A DNA stretch of 64,000 bases from the human T2T-CHM13v2.0 reference genome, Homo sapiens. Position 1 is the first letter of the stretch. Each line of letters begins with the position of its first letter. The notes below the pieces were generated by a model. That model was given only the letters and a program-made list of their open reading frames with translations, searched no databases and was not told the DNA's origin. Shown here piece by piece: positions 1 through 16,290 of this stretch. The position numbers and the translations under genes are program-made. The DNA is taken from NCBI RefSeq assembly GCF_009914755.1, contig NC_060928.1. The stretch is one strand, 5' to 3'.

Positions 1-964
1 CAAAATAGGAGAGGGGACAAAAATAAATGTTATTCTTACTGACCAAATCTAACAACTGGGTGTAGAGACAGAAATATATTTCTCATATCTCCCAATCAAT
101 AATATTTAATTTTGTTGAGGGAAAGCTTGAGAAGACTAAATAGTTTTCTTTGGTAGCTAATGTAAGGTTTTCAGACTACATATCTGTTGGAGTCCTGTTT
201 TATGCTTTCTGTTTAAACACTATAGTAAAGAATTTCCTATAGTTAATCTTGGCTATAATCTTGGAATTTGAATGGGTTCTTCTAGCTTCAAACTCATATC
301 TTTAATCACTTTTGATAAATGCTATTCTATCACACTTCTGATTTACCTCTGTATGATGTTTTCTCAGGCAAATCATATTTCCAAGATATTTGAATTCTAT
401 TGTCTGTATTTTTCCAAACCTTCATTGTTTTCTACCTCTTCACCATTTTGCTTCTCTTTTCTAGCATATTTCTTAGATTGTTCATCCACGTATCTATCAT
501 GTATGGTGTTTCCTGTAGCTCTGTCTTCCTCTGCTGTAGTGTCCATCTATGAATAATATTCTAAAACTGACTGTTCTTTTCATTGTAGAGCCTGGGGTAA
601 TTGCGCTGTAGGATGACTACCTGCCATCTTCTTGTTCATGAGCACATTATAGGCTAAAAACACAGATGCCAAAGCATGCTTACTTTTTCTGATTTTTTTT
701 TTTTACCCAGTTTACCTAATTGCTCACTAAGATCTCATTAGTTTTTCTTGTTCTTGGCTTTCAATTTGCTCTATGATTTTTCACCTAACTTTAGACTCTT
801 GGTTTATGGTTTTTTTTTTTTTTTTTTATTGACCTTTAGGAAAAGTTTTGCCAATTTAATTCTTCAACTACACCTCTTGATATTGTGTGGAATTCCCATG
901 ATCCTGCCTTCTTGCCTAGTTATTACCATTTAAAAATTTCTATATTCCTGTTAAGACAATTACT

Positions 965-1692
965 TCTATTAATTTTCTACTGCTGCAGAACAAATTACCA
1001 CAACCTTACCACCTTAAAACAACATAACACGTAATATCCTGCTTCCATGAGTCAGTGTCTTGGCATACCCGAAATAGATCTTTTTCACAGGGTCTCATAA
1101 AGCTGTAATAAAGAAGCAGGGCAAGGTTGTGCACGATTGTAGTCACAGGTACTCAGGAGGCTGAAGCAGGAGGATTGCTTGAGTCCAGGAGTTTAAGACT
1201 GCACTGAGCCATGATCGCCCCTACCGCACTTCAAACTGCACTTCAAATGCAAGGTTGTGCATGATTGTAGTCGCAGGTACTCAGGAGGCTGAAGCAGGAG
1301 GATTGCTTGAGTCCAGGAGTTTAAGACTGCAGTGAGCCATGATCGCCCCTACTGCACTTCAAACTGGGTAGTAGAGCAAAATATTGACTCAAAGAAAAAA
1401 AAAAGGAAAAGGTTCAAAAAAGGTCTCAGCCAGGGCTGTGGTCTCATCTGAATTAAGAGCCATCATCTAAACTCATGTGACTGTTGGCAGAATTAACTTC
1501 CTTGCAGTTATAAAACTGATGTTGACTTGCTTATTTCCATGTTGACTTGCTTATTTCCAGACCAACAGGCAAATCTCTTTGACCTAAATGAAGGCTCCAG
1601 TCTCTTTATAAAAATGCAGGCCTGATTAGGTAGCCCCACCTAGCATAATATCTTTTTTGATTAACTCGAAGTCAACTGACTAGGGATCTTAA

Positions 1693-1724
<32 letters not shown>

Positions 1725-1850
1725 TTTTGCAATATTCCATACGCATGACATTGATATTCCTTCTAACATGCTGGTCTCACCCACACTCAAGGTTTGGTGA
1801 TTATACAAGGGCATGGATCATTGAGGGCTATCTTATAATTGATCTATGGA
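965..1850 (-). mobile_element. MLT1-family MaLR LTR (MLT1E/F-like), interrupted by an Alu monomer
   Basis: Starts 'tattaattttctactgctgcagaacaaattaccacaac..ttaaaacaac' and contains 'ttgattaactcgaagtcaactgactagggatcttaatt', resembling the antisense MLT1 LTR. Confidence 0.65.
1117..1410 (+). mobile_element. Old Alu monomer (FRAM/AluJ right-arm-like) with internal 118-bp tandem duplication
   Basis: 'tactcaggaggctgaagcaggaggattgcttgagtccaggagttt..gcagtgagccatgatcgc' present twice, followed by an A-rich tail at about 1391-1410. Confidence 0.85.
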
Positions 1851-3190
1851 TGTCATGCAATCTTAATATAAATTCCAGTGGGTCTTTTTATTGAAACTGA
1901 ATGTTTTTAATAAAGAAATACAAGTGACTTACAATAGCAAAAATAACTTTTAAAAGAGGAATATATTTGAAAGACTTGATCTTTCATTTCTATACTTACT
2001 TTTAATACATGATGTTGGTGTAAGTTGATTTACTGGAAAATAAATTATTGAAACAGAAGAAAGTGTCCAGAAAAATAATCACATATATATGGTCAATTAA
2101 TTTTAACAAAAGTTTCATGAAAATTAAGGCAAAAGGAAGAGTATATTCAACAAATGGTGGGAGAGAAATTGAAAAATTAAACTTTGAAATTCTACCTCGC
2201 CCTGCACATAAAAATATTAATTTATTGTTTACCTTAAACTTGAATTTAAAAGCTCATATATAACACTGCTAGAAAAATACATAAAATAATAAGTTTATTG
2301 CCTTGTGGTAGGCAAGATTTCTCAGACAGAAAACAGCAATGAAATGAAAGATAAGAAAATGATCAATTGAATTTCATAAAATTAAGAACTTATGCTCATC
2401 GAGAGACATGTTTAAGGAAATGAAAATTCAAGACACAGACTGGGAGAAATGATTTATAATGCAAGTATCTGACAAAGAACTTGTATTTATGTATTTCTGT
2501 AGAACATATTCTTTAAAACTCTTTAAATGAGATAAACAACTCAAAAATTCTACAGTAGGCAGAAACTTCACAGACAATATATACTTAATGGTTAAGTTCA
2601 TAAAATAGTGATCAGTATTATTAATCATCTTAGTATTGCAAATTGGAAATCACAATGAGGTATAATTTCAAAGCCACTAGATCAGCAATAATTAAAAGTA
2701 ATAGTGACAACAAAAGTTGGTAAAAATGTTGAGTAGCCAAAAATCATCATACATTGCTGGTGGAAGTACCCAATGGCAAAATCACATTAGAAATTAGTTT
2801 GGTCTTCCATTTCCTATAAATTTGTTCCTTATTTTATAATCCAGTAATTCAATTTCTCAGTATTTACACAAAATAAGCTTGTGAAACACGTTTACAAAAA
2901 TGAGTATACAAGAATATTGACAGTATCTTTCTTTACAATAGTTGTTTATAATTTGGGTTGGAAACAACTCCATGAAAATTAAAAGGTAAATAAATAATAG
3001 AATATTGTATATTTATAGAATGCAATGCTAATCAGCAAAAAAGGAATACACTAATGATATATACAGAATATGGATTAATTTTAAAAGTATTATGTTGATT
3101 TAAAAAGGAAGCCAGCCACACACACATACATACACACTCTCTCTATGTTGTATGATTTCATTAATGTAATGTTTAAGAACAAGCAAAACT
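1850..3190 (+). mobile_element. Ancient L1M (L1MC/ME-like) ORF2 3' end and 3'UTR, degenerate
   Basis: 'atatatggtcaattaattttaacaaa..ttcaacaaatggtgg', 'acagactgggagaaa..tatctgacaaagaacttgtat' and 'catacattgctggtggaagt' are diverged L1 ORF2 C-terminal motifs. Confidence 0.7.
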
Positions 3191-3191
3191 A

Positions 3192-3320
3192 GAACTCATT
3201 CCTTCTAAATGAAATGCTGCATCCTTTGACCAATATCTCTTCAATTCCGCCTTCCCATCAGGCCGTGGTAACCATCATTCTATTCTCTGCTTCTATGAGT
3301 TTGACTTTTTAGATTCCATA
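3192..3320 (-). mobile_element. L1MA/MB 3'UTR fragment
   Basis: 'ctttgaccaatatctc..ggtaaccatcattctattctctgcttctatgagtttgactttttagattccata' is a typical antisense L1M 3'UTR. Confidence 0.75.
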
Positions 3321-4420
3321 CTGGAGGAAAGCTAGGTGTTGGGACAGAACAGAAATGAGCCATAATGCTTATGAAGCTTATGGAGCCAAGGAGTAGATGG
3401 TAAAAGTTGTGTTTACTTTTGCTTTAAAAAATAAGCTGTATTTTTGGTTTGTGTATCTGATAGTCTCTGTAACCATTATTTCTGTATTATTCCCTTATGG
3501 TTTAGTACAGTGATTTTTGAAAAGTCTATTTAGGCTCTGCAAAAAGAAACTAGTGAGTGGACATATATGGCTAGTTGGCCAAAAGCAATAATATTTTTAA
3601 TATTAATGATAATAGCTAGAAACTTTTAGGACTTTACATAAACCATGGCTCAAGAATGTCATATGTATTATCTCATGTGAGAAGCCAAACAGAACTTCAC
3701 AGTATGCACTGTTGTGGTGGTAGATGCCATAGATTGGCTGCTTTGACAGCAATTCTTATTTCTCTTTATTGTGCTTTCTTTGGGAAGCTGAAATGTTACT
3801 TTTTTGGAGCTCCCTTGAAATCGTTTTTTTCCATTTTTTTGAGAGTTTGTCAATTTGATGCATTTGCACATAATTAGAACTCAGAATTATATGGGAGAGT
3901 GGCAAGGTACAAGGCTTATATTTTGGTGGCATCCATCACATGGGTCAGAGGGCAGAACCTTTCTAATGCCGTGGTTTACTATACCTCCATATCAGTTTTC
4001 CACATAATGGAGAAACGTAGGAGACACAGGAAAATTCTGGGGCTTGACTGGTTTCTGAAAGTTCAACCTAAACCTGTTTCCTTTTTTTATTTAATAGATT
4101 TTATAAGCATCTTAAATCTTTCTTCTTAAACTGGCTACCTTTTTTGTGTTTTTGACAGAAATCTTAGAGATACATTTATTATTGCTTTCTTGCAGAAGAT
4201 GAAAATGGGACATACAGAGCTCAAGCAGATTGCCTAAGAACATTGTACTAGAGCAGTACACTACAAGAGACATATCATGGCTATAAGATTAATGACGGCC
4301 ATAGGTTCCACTCAATCATCTTGCAAGGCCTACACCACAGGTCACTTAGCAGCACGATGCAACCTGGCCTGGGGACATAATGCTCATAAACCTTAAAACA
4401 AAACTTTCAAGAATAGCTTA

Positions 4421-6527
<2,107 letters not shown>

Positions 6528-7289
6528 ATCAAACTCAGAGAATAAGCTCCAGATGGGGTCCCTCCTGGCTCGTTGTCATCTGACCCGCTCACAGTATCTA
6601 GCCCATGCCCCTGGCCTGCTCCTGCTATCCATCCTGTAGGAGAATTGCCAGAATAAGCTACCTGAAAATCAGGCAGTATCAGAGCTTCATCTTTGGCACA
6701 AATTGAATGGAAGGGGAAAGGTCACCCCTGGAAAGTCTGCTCAACTAGAAATGTCTGAGATCCTCCCTAAACAAAACAACTAGTAAATACTAGAGCCAGG
6801 AATACAAGTAAATCTATCGGCAGAACCCATAGTAAACCTCTGCCCTATATTCCTGCTAATCAAAGTATATAGAGAGCTAAACATTCCTAAGGATTGGCCG
6901 TGTATTCCTAAGGACTGACCAGCGGTAGTTAAAGCAGGTAGGTGTAAGAGTATGGTGAGCAGTAGAAAAGTGATGTTGAAATATTGTATAGCTTAGTATT
7001 TGCAACTGAAAAACTCCCTTCCATAATCAATTTTAAACAATTCTAATTTTTGCTTTATTATTAAATAGAGTTTTCTATTACACAGTTGTACTCCTCATTT
7101 GGGACAGAATTATTATAGTTTAAACATTTTTCTTGTCTTAACAAATGATGATAAAAATTCAATAGCTTTTACAGTGTCCTTCTCTAATTTTTTTTAATGG
7201 AAGAAGACTACTGATACAAGTCAATGTAGTGTCCTGAGATGGACAGAGTAGAGAGAATAGTTAATAATTTAAACATGATAATATGTGGC

Positions 7290-7470
7290 ATTAAATAAAT
7301 GAGCTCTAGTCCTAACTTTATCACTTACACGACAAATAAGCTAAGCCACCATTTTATTTATTTGAGAGTCAGTTTTCTTTACATGTACAATGGGATAATG
7401 ATGCTGTTGACCTCAGGGATGAATGAGATGCAAATCATATAAAGGTAATATATAAGCACTGTAAGCAAGT
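7290..7470 (+). mobile_element. MIR SINE
   Basis: Core 'tcagttttctttacatgtacaatgggataatg..acctcaggg'. Confidence 0.6.
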
Positions 7471-7733
7471 CTTAGGTAAACTATACATCCTTATCCATGT
7501 GCTCACTCTTGTCAATATTAAAGGATATAAGGAAGTATAGAATTATCAATTTAAATCCATCTGCTCCTACAGTGTTCTTACAAAATAATATTTGTTATGT
7601 CATCTCATGTCTTTCATAGCCATTTTAGTGTACTCAGACGTAAATTGTAGTCTGGTGACTTTAAACATACTTAGAATCCTGAAGACATACAGATTGTCAA
7701 ATTTGGGACAATAGATAAAAAATGAATATCATT

Positions 7734-8098
7734 TGTCTTAGTCCATTTGAGGGGCTATAACAAACTACCATGAATTGGGTGGCTTATAAACAACAGAAAT
7801 TTACTCCTCACAGTTCTGGAAGCTGAGAAGTCCAAGATCAAGGTGCTGGCAGATTCAATGTCTGGTGAAGACCTGCTTCCAAGTTCAGATTGGCCCTTCT
7901 CGATGTGTCCTCACAAAGTGGAGGGAGACAAAGCAGCACTCTGGGGCCTCTTTTATGAGTACTAAAACCATCCATGAATAGTTCTCTAGCCTCATGACTT
8001 AATTAATTCCCACAGGCCCTACCTCCTAATACCACCATATTAGAGATTAGGTGTCAACATATGAATTTTGTGAGGACATAAACACTTAGGCTATAGCA
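7734..8098 (-). mobile_element. MLT1A/MLT1A0 solo LTR
   Basis: About 365 bp with TG..CA ends; 'ggcttataaacaacagaaattta..ctcacagttctggaagctgagaagtccaagatcaaggtgctggcagatt'. Confidence 0.9.
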
Positions 8099-8669
8099 CC
8101 ACTCAATATATGAGGCAAAAAGAAAAGGGAAAAACAAGTAAGTCAAGGCCAAAAGAATTATCCTGTAATTTAGAAAGCTGTCAGTGAATATGCAAGTAGC
8201 TCCCTGACTGTGTATTAATGGCAGTTTATTTAGTCCAAATATAGCAACAAAATCACAAGTCATTGTCCATGAGTTAGGTACCACACTGTTAACACTTAAG
8301 AAAAATGACTGTTTTTACATCCAATTTGTTGTACGTAAGAAGTAAATTGGATTGCATCAATACATGAGCAGACAAGTCTTTTTTGTCTGAATGTGTTAGT
8401 TGATACAAGTAGGATAATTATGTTTAAAAGGCATCCAAGAGAAATATAATGATTCCCTGTTTCAAATAGCCCAGGATGTAATTATTAGAACTGATTAAGC
8501 CTTGCTTTATTACAATTACGGTAATATGCTTCCAGTGATTTAGGGACATGTTTCAGATTTTCAATAGAGATTGCTCATTTTCAATAAGAATCAATCAGCA
8601 TCAATTGTCTAGAAACAGAAATAGCTTATGACAATGAATTAGGGATATGAAAAAGAGAAGAGAGAGTCT

Positions 8670-8880
8670 AACATTTATCTAGCACTTACTGTGTGCCCAA
8701 CTTTTAGATTAGGTACTTTGCATGCACTATCTCATTTAATTTTCACTATAAACCTTTGTCACAGCTCTTAAATAGGTCATTTATAATTGAGAAAATTGAG
8801 AATCAGGAAGGTCCATAGATTGTTAATGACAAAAGTGAGTTTTTAATCCAGGTTTATCTGGTTCCAAAGCCTTATTCTAG
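8670..8880 (-). mobile_element. MIR SINE
   Basis: 'taacatttat..agcacttactgtgtgcc..tatctcatttaat..gagaaaattgag..tctggttccaaagcc'. Confidence 0.7.
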
Positions 8881-9509
8881 TCATCACAGGACCTTGACTT
8901 TCAAAAAGGGCAGATTTTGAGCCCACCCTGGAACTTGTTTATTGCAGAAACATAATTGTACGATATTTCCAACCAAATAACCTCCAAACTCAATGCATTA
9001 ATTTGAAAACATGCTTTCATAACAGAAAAAAAGGTCTTGGAAAAAACATAATTTCATAAGTTGGGAAGGATATAGGGATCATCTATACTTACTCTCTTCA
9101 TATTTGGAAGACAAAACATTCATGTATTAAATAATTCACTTAAAGAACATGTCTCATTTTGGGCATTCTACTAAATGCAAGTAGGCATAAACTGGTGAAG
9201 GGATGTGTTAAGTCATAGGATAGTCATTAACTAATATCAGTCTGACCCACAACATATGAATACCTCTGTTTCCTAAAAGATATACCTATGCATGTATATG
9301 CAAACATGCAAACAAGAAGGTGAAGCTTTTCAGGTTGTGGTATCCTAATTCTGTATACAATGTTTTACTACTTTTATCTACATTAATATAAATTCACCAT
9401 TACTGTATTTCTCCCTGGATATATTTTATCATTTCTACATATATGCAAAAACACAGGAATATGTTTTAGTAACATATCTGCTTATCAAAAGAGTTGTTCA
9501 TATATTGAA

Positions 9510-9830
9510 CATTCAGCAAATATTTACTGAGGAACAATATGTGTGAGGTACTATTCTAGGTGTTTTAGAAATTTCAATGAACAAAACAGACAAACCTCTT
9601 TGTCTTTATGGAGCTTGAATTATAGTACGGGAAATACGTGTGAAACAATGAAAATAAAGATTTGTAAAGCATGTAGCATGTTAGAAGGTGAAAAGAATAT
9701 GAAGGGTGATAAGAATATGAGGGGTGATAGGTCTTGTTGGGAAGTGGTGTTGTTGTTTTCGTTGGTGATAAGTAGGAATATTTAATGCAAAGTACCTAAG
9801 GAAAGACCATTCCTAGCATAAGTGATAGGT
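9510..9830 (-). mobile_element. L2 3' end
   Basis: 'cattcagcaaatatttactgag..tattctaggtg..gaacaaaacagacaa..atggagctt'. Confidence 0.7.
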
Positions 9831-11264
9831 ATGGAGTTATGCAGGGTAAAACCAACTCCTTAAATTTTGCCTGTAACTATGGACATGAGAACATTCTTAT
9901 TATATTTTGTTGCAGATTCCTATCCTAAAATTATCCACTGGTAAAGTCATAAGGGATGTCAATATTCATAGAAAACACAAGCACGCTTTATGCATTTTGG
10001 AACAATAATGGGCCAATTTGTCTCACAGCACCATCTGCTTTCTAGTTACTTAACTCATTTAATCATTTTTGTTTATATCAAAAAGTCACAATATTTTGAA
10101 TCAAGGTATACATAATATAATGCAAAACAGCATTTGAAATTCCACTTACATTAAGGTTCAGAAATTGGTTCGAGACATTACTATTTAAAAATGTTTTACG
10201 CATGTTGCCCTATAGGGAGTCAGCCTTACATTTTAACTGTCTTAACTGTTGTCTGCCACCTACTGAGTGGAAGAGTGCCAACTCAAGCCACAATACTCTG
10301 ATCTTAAATCTTTTGTTCTTTTTACTACTTGAGAGAAAAATACTTTGTCTGGAAGTATCATGTATTCTTCTTGTTCTTTTTTTTTTTTTTTTTTCCCAGC
10401 AAATACACTTTGTCTCTAATTACTTTTCCAACTAAGTTTAGAACCCCAAAAAAGAAAGCAGATGGTGCCTTTTTCATAGTACCCTAGCTTTTCAAACCAT
10501 GTCAAAGGTATCAGGAGACAATATCCAGTATGCTCTATATCTATATAAAACATTCATTCTGGAACATTTTATATAATGTTCCATTTTGAGCTTCTAGTTC
10601 TCCAAATATTATCTGTCAGAGAGATGGTTCAGAGGTATTTAGATGACAGTTTTTTTTATCACTAAAGACACCAGAATTATTAAAGACATCAGAATTATTA
10701 TGTTTTGTAATTGCATTTTTGGCATACAGTTAAAAAATTAAAAAAGCATGGCTCTTGAATCTAAATCAAACTGAATTCTCATTCACAAAAGAAAACTGAA
10801 ACATCCCACATTTTTGACTTTGTTCATTTTATGATTATGATAACAATGCATATGTTTTTTGAAGCACCAAATTTACATGTGCACAAACACACATATATAA
10901 ACATTTCATCATATTTTTTAATTTGTATCAGTTAGTATGCTTTCAACTATCAATGAAAATGATTTATAATCACTTAGTGAAGTAATTTATTATCTCACAT
11001 AAAAGAGATATATACTTCTTCAGTTTCAAGATCAGTTAAATACAAAATGTTGTCAACAAAACTTTATTTCCTTTTACTTATGTACTTATTTTTCATAGCT
11101 CTCTTTAGGGTGTTAGCTCACTCCTTTGATCTACCAGATTTCTTTCCGTAGAGACTGTACCAGTGACTCTCTTAACTACAATAACTATACTGGTTTCTCC
11201 ACACTCTTGCAAACAGAAAGTATTAACTTTGTGTATGTGTTTTTTAATATCCTGTATAACAGTG

Positions 11265-11465
11265 GCAGAGTGATGCAGCATAAGAAAGACCAGCCATTAC
11301 TAGTTTTGAAGGTGGAAGGGGGCCTCAAGCCAAAAAATGAGGGCATCCTCTAGAGGCTGGAAAAGGCAAGAAAAAAGTTTTTTCCCAAGAGCCTTCAGAA
11401 GGTCTTGCTGATACCCATTTTGGGCTTTTGACCTCCAGAACTATAAGAGAAAAAGTTTGTGTTAA
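11265..11465 (+). mobile_element. MLT1D-like LTR fragment
   Basis: 'ttttgaaggtggaaggggg..cctctagaggctggaaaaggcaag..gacctccagaactataagag'. Confidence 0.75.
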
Positions 11466-11599
11466 GGACACAGTAAAATCCTATGTAAAAAGAGTTACAC
11501 AAATATAATAAAAATACCTTATTATTTCTCACTTTACATGACATGCTCCATTCTGATATGCTCTAGAGGTCAAAGTCTTCTAACTTATGACCTAGATCT

Positions 11600-11700
11600 C
11601 TGGTAATATTCAGATCCTCAGACCCCATACCTGACCTCCTGAATCAGAATCTCTAGAAGTAGAACCTGAGAATCTGTATCCTTGGAATTCTTATGATCAA
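11600..11700. mobile_element. MER5-type hAT-Charlie DNA transposon fragment
   Basis: 'gaccccatacctgacctcctgaatcagaatctctag..gagaatctgtat'. Confidence 0.6.
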
Positions 11701-13148
11701 AGAAATTGATCAAATAAATTGATCAATTGAAACAATTTTCTAAATTTTAAAGTCTGGAAGAGTATTAAGTTTGCATCAGGTTAAAAGTCTCACCTTCCTA
11801 CTTAAAGCAAAGCTACTCTCATACAAAGAAAAAAATAATGAGAATTTTATGCCTTTGACAAAAATAGCTTTACTGTGTACCTCAAAACATCAACAGTAGA
11901 ATTTCATTGGGCCAGTATAGAATGACAAGTTGGAAGAGAGCAGAGGCATACTCCTTATGTGAATGTTTTCCAAGCTCAGAGCCTAGAGACAAAAGCAGGC
12001 AGCTTGTGTACTTCAAGAGCCTGCAATGACAAAATTAATTTATAAGTCAAGATGAAGGCCAATTTTAAACCCTTTAAACCTTTTTTTAAGATATAGAAAC
12101 AAAAATAATTACATGCAAAAGAACAAAGTTACCTCCCTGCATTTCACCTCTCCTTTGAGAGGACCTTGAATACTGTTAGTCAATATGCTCATTAGCTTTC
12201 TATATTTTCTGATTTTCCCTTTGGGGTCTTCCTTGAAAACAGAAAATGATTTCTATGCCCTACCAAAAAATACCACAGAGCATACTGAAAGTGAACCAGG
12301 CCTAGAACTAAGAGAAGATGTTGGAATTATAGCAGCTTTGAACCTTTTGTTTTGTTGTAGACACCACCATTGTTGGAGGCTCCTCAGAACACTGTGACAA
12401 TTAAGTCAAGTCTTCTTTATACTGTCATAAATTAAATTCAAGTCCAGGTTCATTATGGGTGGAAAGGAGGGAGTGAGGAAAGTTTGAGGCTCAGGAAATC
12501 TTTTTGAAAGAAAGGGGCTACTTACAGTTTTGGAATTACAGAGTGGAAAAGTGAGTGTCCAGCAGACTTGGGATCACATAAGGAATTCTGTCTCCAGCAA
12601 TGAAAGGGAGGCTAGACAGTGCCTGGCATATCCTCTGACATAGAGACTAGACAAAGAGAGGACATGAATGCACTTTCAAGTTGGTAGGACATAAGACAGG
12701 GCTCTGTCTCCTTCCCTCTGTTGTAGAGTTGATATTATTTCTGGGCTGCAAAGTTCAGTGAAGTGACTGAATTTCCTTTAATAAGTTCTCCTCTTTCATG
12801 TTAATGGGTGGGTGGAGAATTCTTTTAAAGTACTGAGCCTGCATTACAAAGAGCTATAATGGTACAAGAAATAGATACACTCTGGTCTTCCTCACACAGT
12901 GCGTTTCTCTTGATGGTACTGCCACTACTGACTACTTCTTCCCCACCACAATTATTCTCTCACAATTCTGTCATAATTCATAATTACTCCTCCACAATTA
13001 TTGTATATTGTATAGTTTTAGTGTTTATTGTATGTTCTTTTAGTTATTGAATGAGCTACAACCGGCACATCACAATGGGTAACATGGAATACCTCTGAGG
13101 AAGTGGCACCTTTGGTAGCTACTTCTCTCTGGAAGGAGATCACTGTGA

Positions 13149-14090
<942 letters not shown>

Positions 14091-14192
14091 CTCAAGGAAC
14101 TGTTGGCATGTCTCTATCAGCCTTTTATTCTGAATGTCTTACTTCCCGTTTCTGCAATTTTGACTAAGTATATCCTCTAGCTTTGATTTTGG

Positions 14193-14193
<1 letters not shown>

Positions 14194-14240
<47 letters not shown>
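14194..14240. repeat. (TG)n microsatellite, about 23 units
   Basis: Uninterrupted TG run. Confidence 0.97.
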
Positions 14241-14242
<2 letters not shown>

Positions 14243-15394
14243 TTAGTGTTTAGACTTTCCTTAAAATATTAAGTTTGGTTTATCTCTCTGGCTCTTTTTG
14301 CTCCTCTTTGCTTTAAATTAGTATCCCTTGCCATAGCCTTTTCTCACACTACACAGACCTTACAAATGACCACACAAAATCTCTTGGGCCAGCCTTTTCT
14401 GCTGCCCTTCCAGGTAAGTAGTTGTGCTGATATTCAGAAGAACAATTAATGCATTTTCCAAGTTAGGGATCAATACTTCATGTGGGTAGCTGGAAGCAGG
14501 TCAGGTATGAGACTTTGTATGGTCTCTATGGGGAAAGGAAGTAGGGAATTTTTGAAAATGTTTATATGATAATAATGTTGCTTATAGATGCTGGTTAGTC
14601 ACTGTGGTGAACTGTGGCAGAACTGTATTGATTATAGATCCAGAATTCATCCTCTCACCCCTTTATCAAAGGCTATCTGCATATTCAATGAATATCCATT
14701 GGTCTGTTCATATGCCCAGGGATTAAGATCTGGTTAATTTAAGTCATTCTGAACATTTCATTTCTCTGGTCACAGTGATAATGGACCAGTGGTAGAGTTA
14801 GCAAGCCAGTTCAAACTGTAAATGTTAGGAGTCTTGTTGAGAATACTAAGGCAGAGGTGTTCTTTCTTGGTCTAGTTCTGATTGTATGTTTTGTTAAGTC
14901 TCTTACTTCCCAATTCTCTTTGTATAACACTGAATATGAGGGAGGAAATTTTACTTTTTAAATTCAAACATGATCAACATTATTGCATCATTTTTAAACT
15001 AAGAATACAGACTATAAGAGGGAGGGTCTTGCTTAGCAAAACAGTGCTTCTTTTTTTCCTCTCTGTGGGTATTCAGTTCATTTTTAGCCTGAACTTACTC
15101 TGCTTGTCAGACCCCACTGAACGCCAGAGGAAGTAATCAGTACTCTCCAACAGCATGAATTTTTCTCACAGTCTCCCAATACTGTACCCTTCCAAGCCAT
15201 GTTTTATGTCCTAATAAGCAAAGGTAAAAATGCAAGCCATTGCACATCACCTAAAAAAGATCATCAGCTTCCCAGCCTGAAGATCAATTCTGACGGTTCT
15301 CTACCCTGTACTTCCTGCCCAGTTAACCCATCACAGTCTGATGCCAAACCTTATATCAATTAGTACCCCTACATTTGCATATTGAATTCATGCC

Positions 15395-15660
15395 TCTCAA
15401 ATTGTTATAAACAATAAGGAAATTTATTTACTCACATAACTGGAAATAAGAGATAGGATGCACTACAGAGTTTGTGGATCCAGAAGCTCAATAATGGCAT
15501 CAAAGATCTAGTTTCTTATTCTCTTTTGCTCTGACAACCATAATATTAGCTTTATCCTAAAACTGTCTCATCTTGTAGATGAATAAGATGATGATGATCC
15601 ACAATAATTAAAGCTATATATTTCCTCATTCATGTCCAGTAAAGGGAAAATTGGTTCTCA
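15395..15660 (-). mobile_element. Old MLT1 (J/K-like) LTR fragment
   Basis: 'aaacaataaggaaatttatttactcacataactggaa..gctcaataatggcatcaaaga'. Confidence 0.5.
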
Positions 15661-16059
15661 AACAGCATTCTGAATAGGAAACATACAAATGTCCATTTTA
15701 AGGTAGTAATTTTAATAGTTTTTAGTGAGAGTTTAGAATCCACTGGAAGAAATCATGGGATGAAAAATAGAGATAATATATAATTAACTCAGAAATGGGA
15801 AATCAAGACTCAAGAATGATGCCAGCAGACATAGCTAGTGCCCAGAAACCATCTAATTCAATATAATTCTGTTGGGTAGTATTTCTGGACCAGAAGACTT
15901 TTTCATAGAGCAAATACCATGAAGACAAAAAAAAAAATGCAATTGGCTACCTTGAGCATTGACTGAAAGCACATTTGTTAGTATAAGCCCCAAACCACTA
16001 GTCAGAGAAAAAAAGACATCTGAAGAAGTGCTAATAGCATCAGTCTAATATGTCGTTTG

Positions 16060-16290
16060 TTAGAAGTCAAGCTCTAGGGTTGGATGAATGAAGCTCTAAT
16101 TCTAGATCACTACTTAGCAATTTTTTGGTCTTGCAAAACTTATTTTATTTCTGGAAACCTTAATTAATTCCACTATAGAATGGAGATAAGTGCACCAACC
16201 TTGCCAGTTTCTGTATTCTATAAGGCAAAGAATGTAAAGTGCTTAAGCAAAAGTAAATTTTTATATTAAGTGTTCAATTCATGCTGGATA
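16060..16290 (+). mobile_element. MIR SINE
   Basis: 'cactacttagc..tcttgcaaaacttatttt..ctatagaatggagataa..aatgtaaagtgctta'. Confidence 0.55.
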
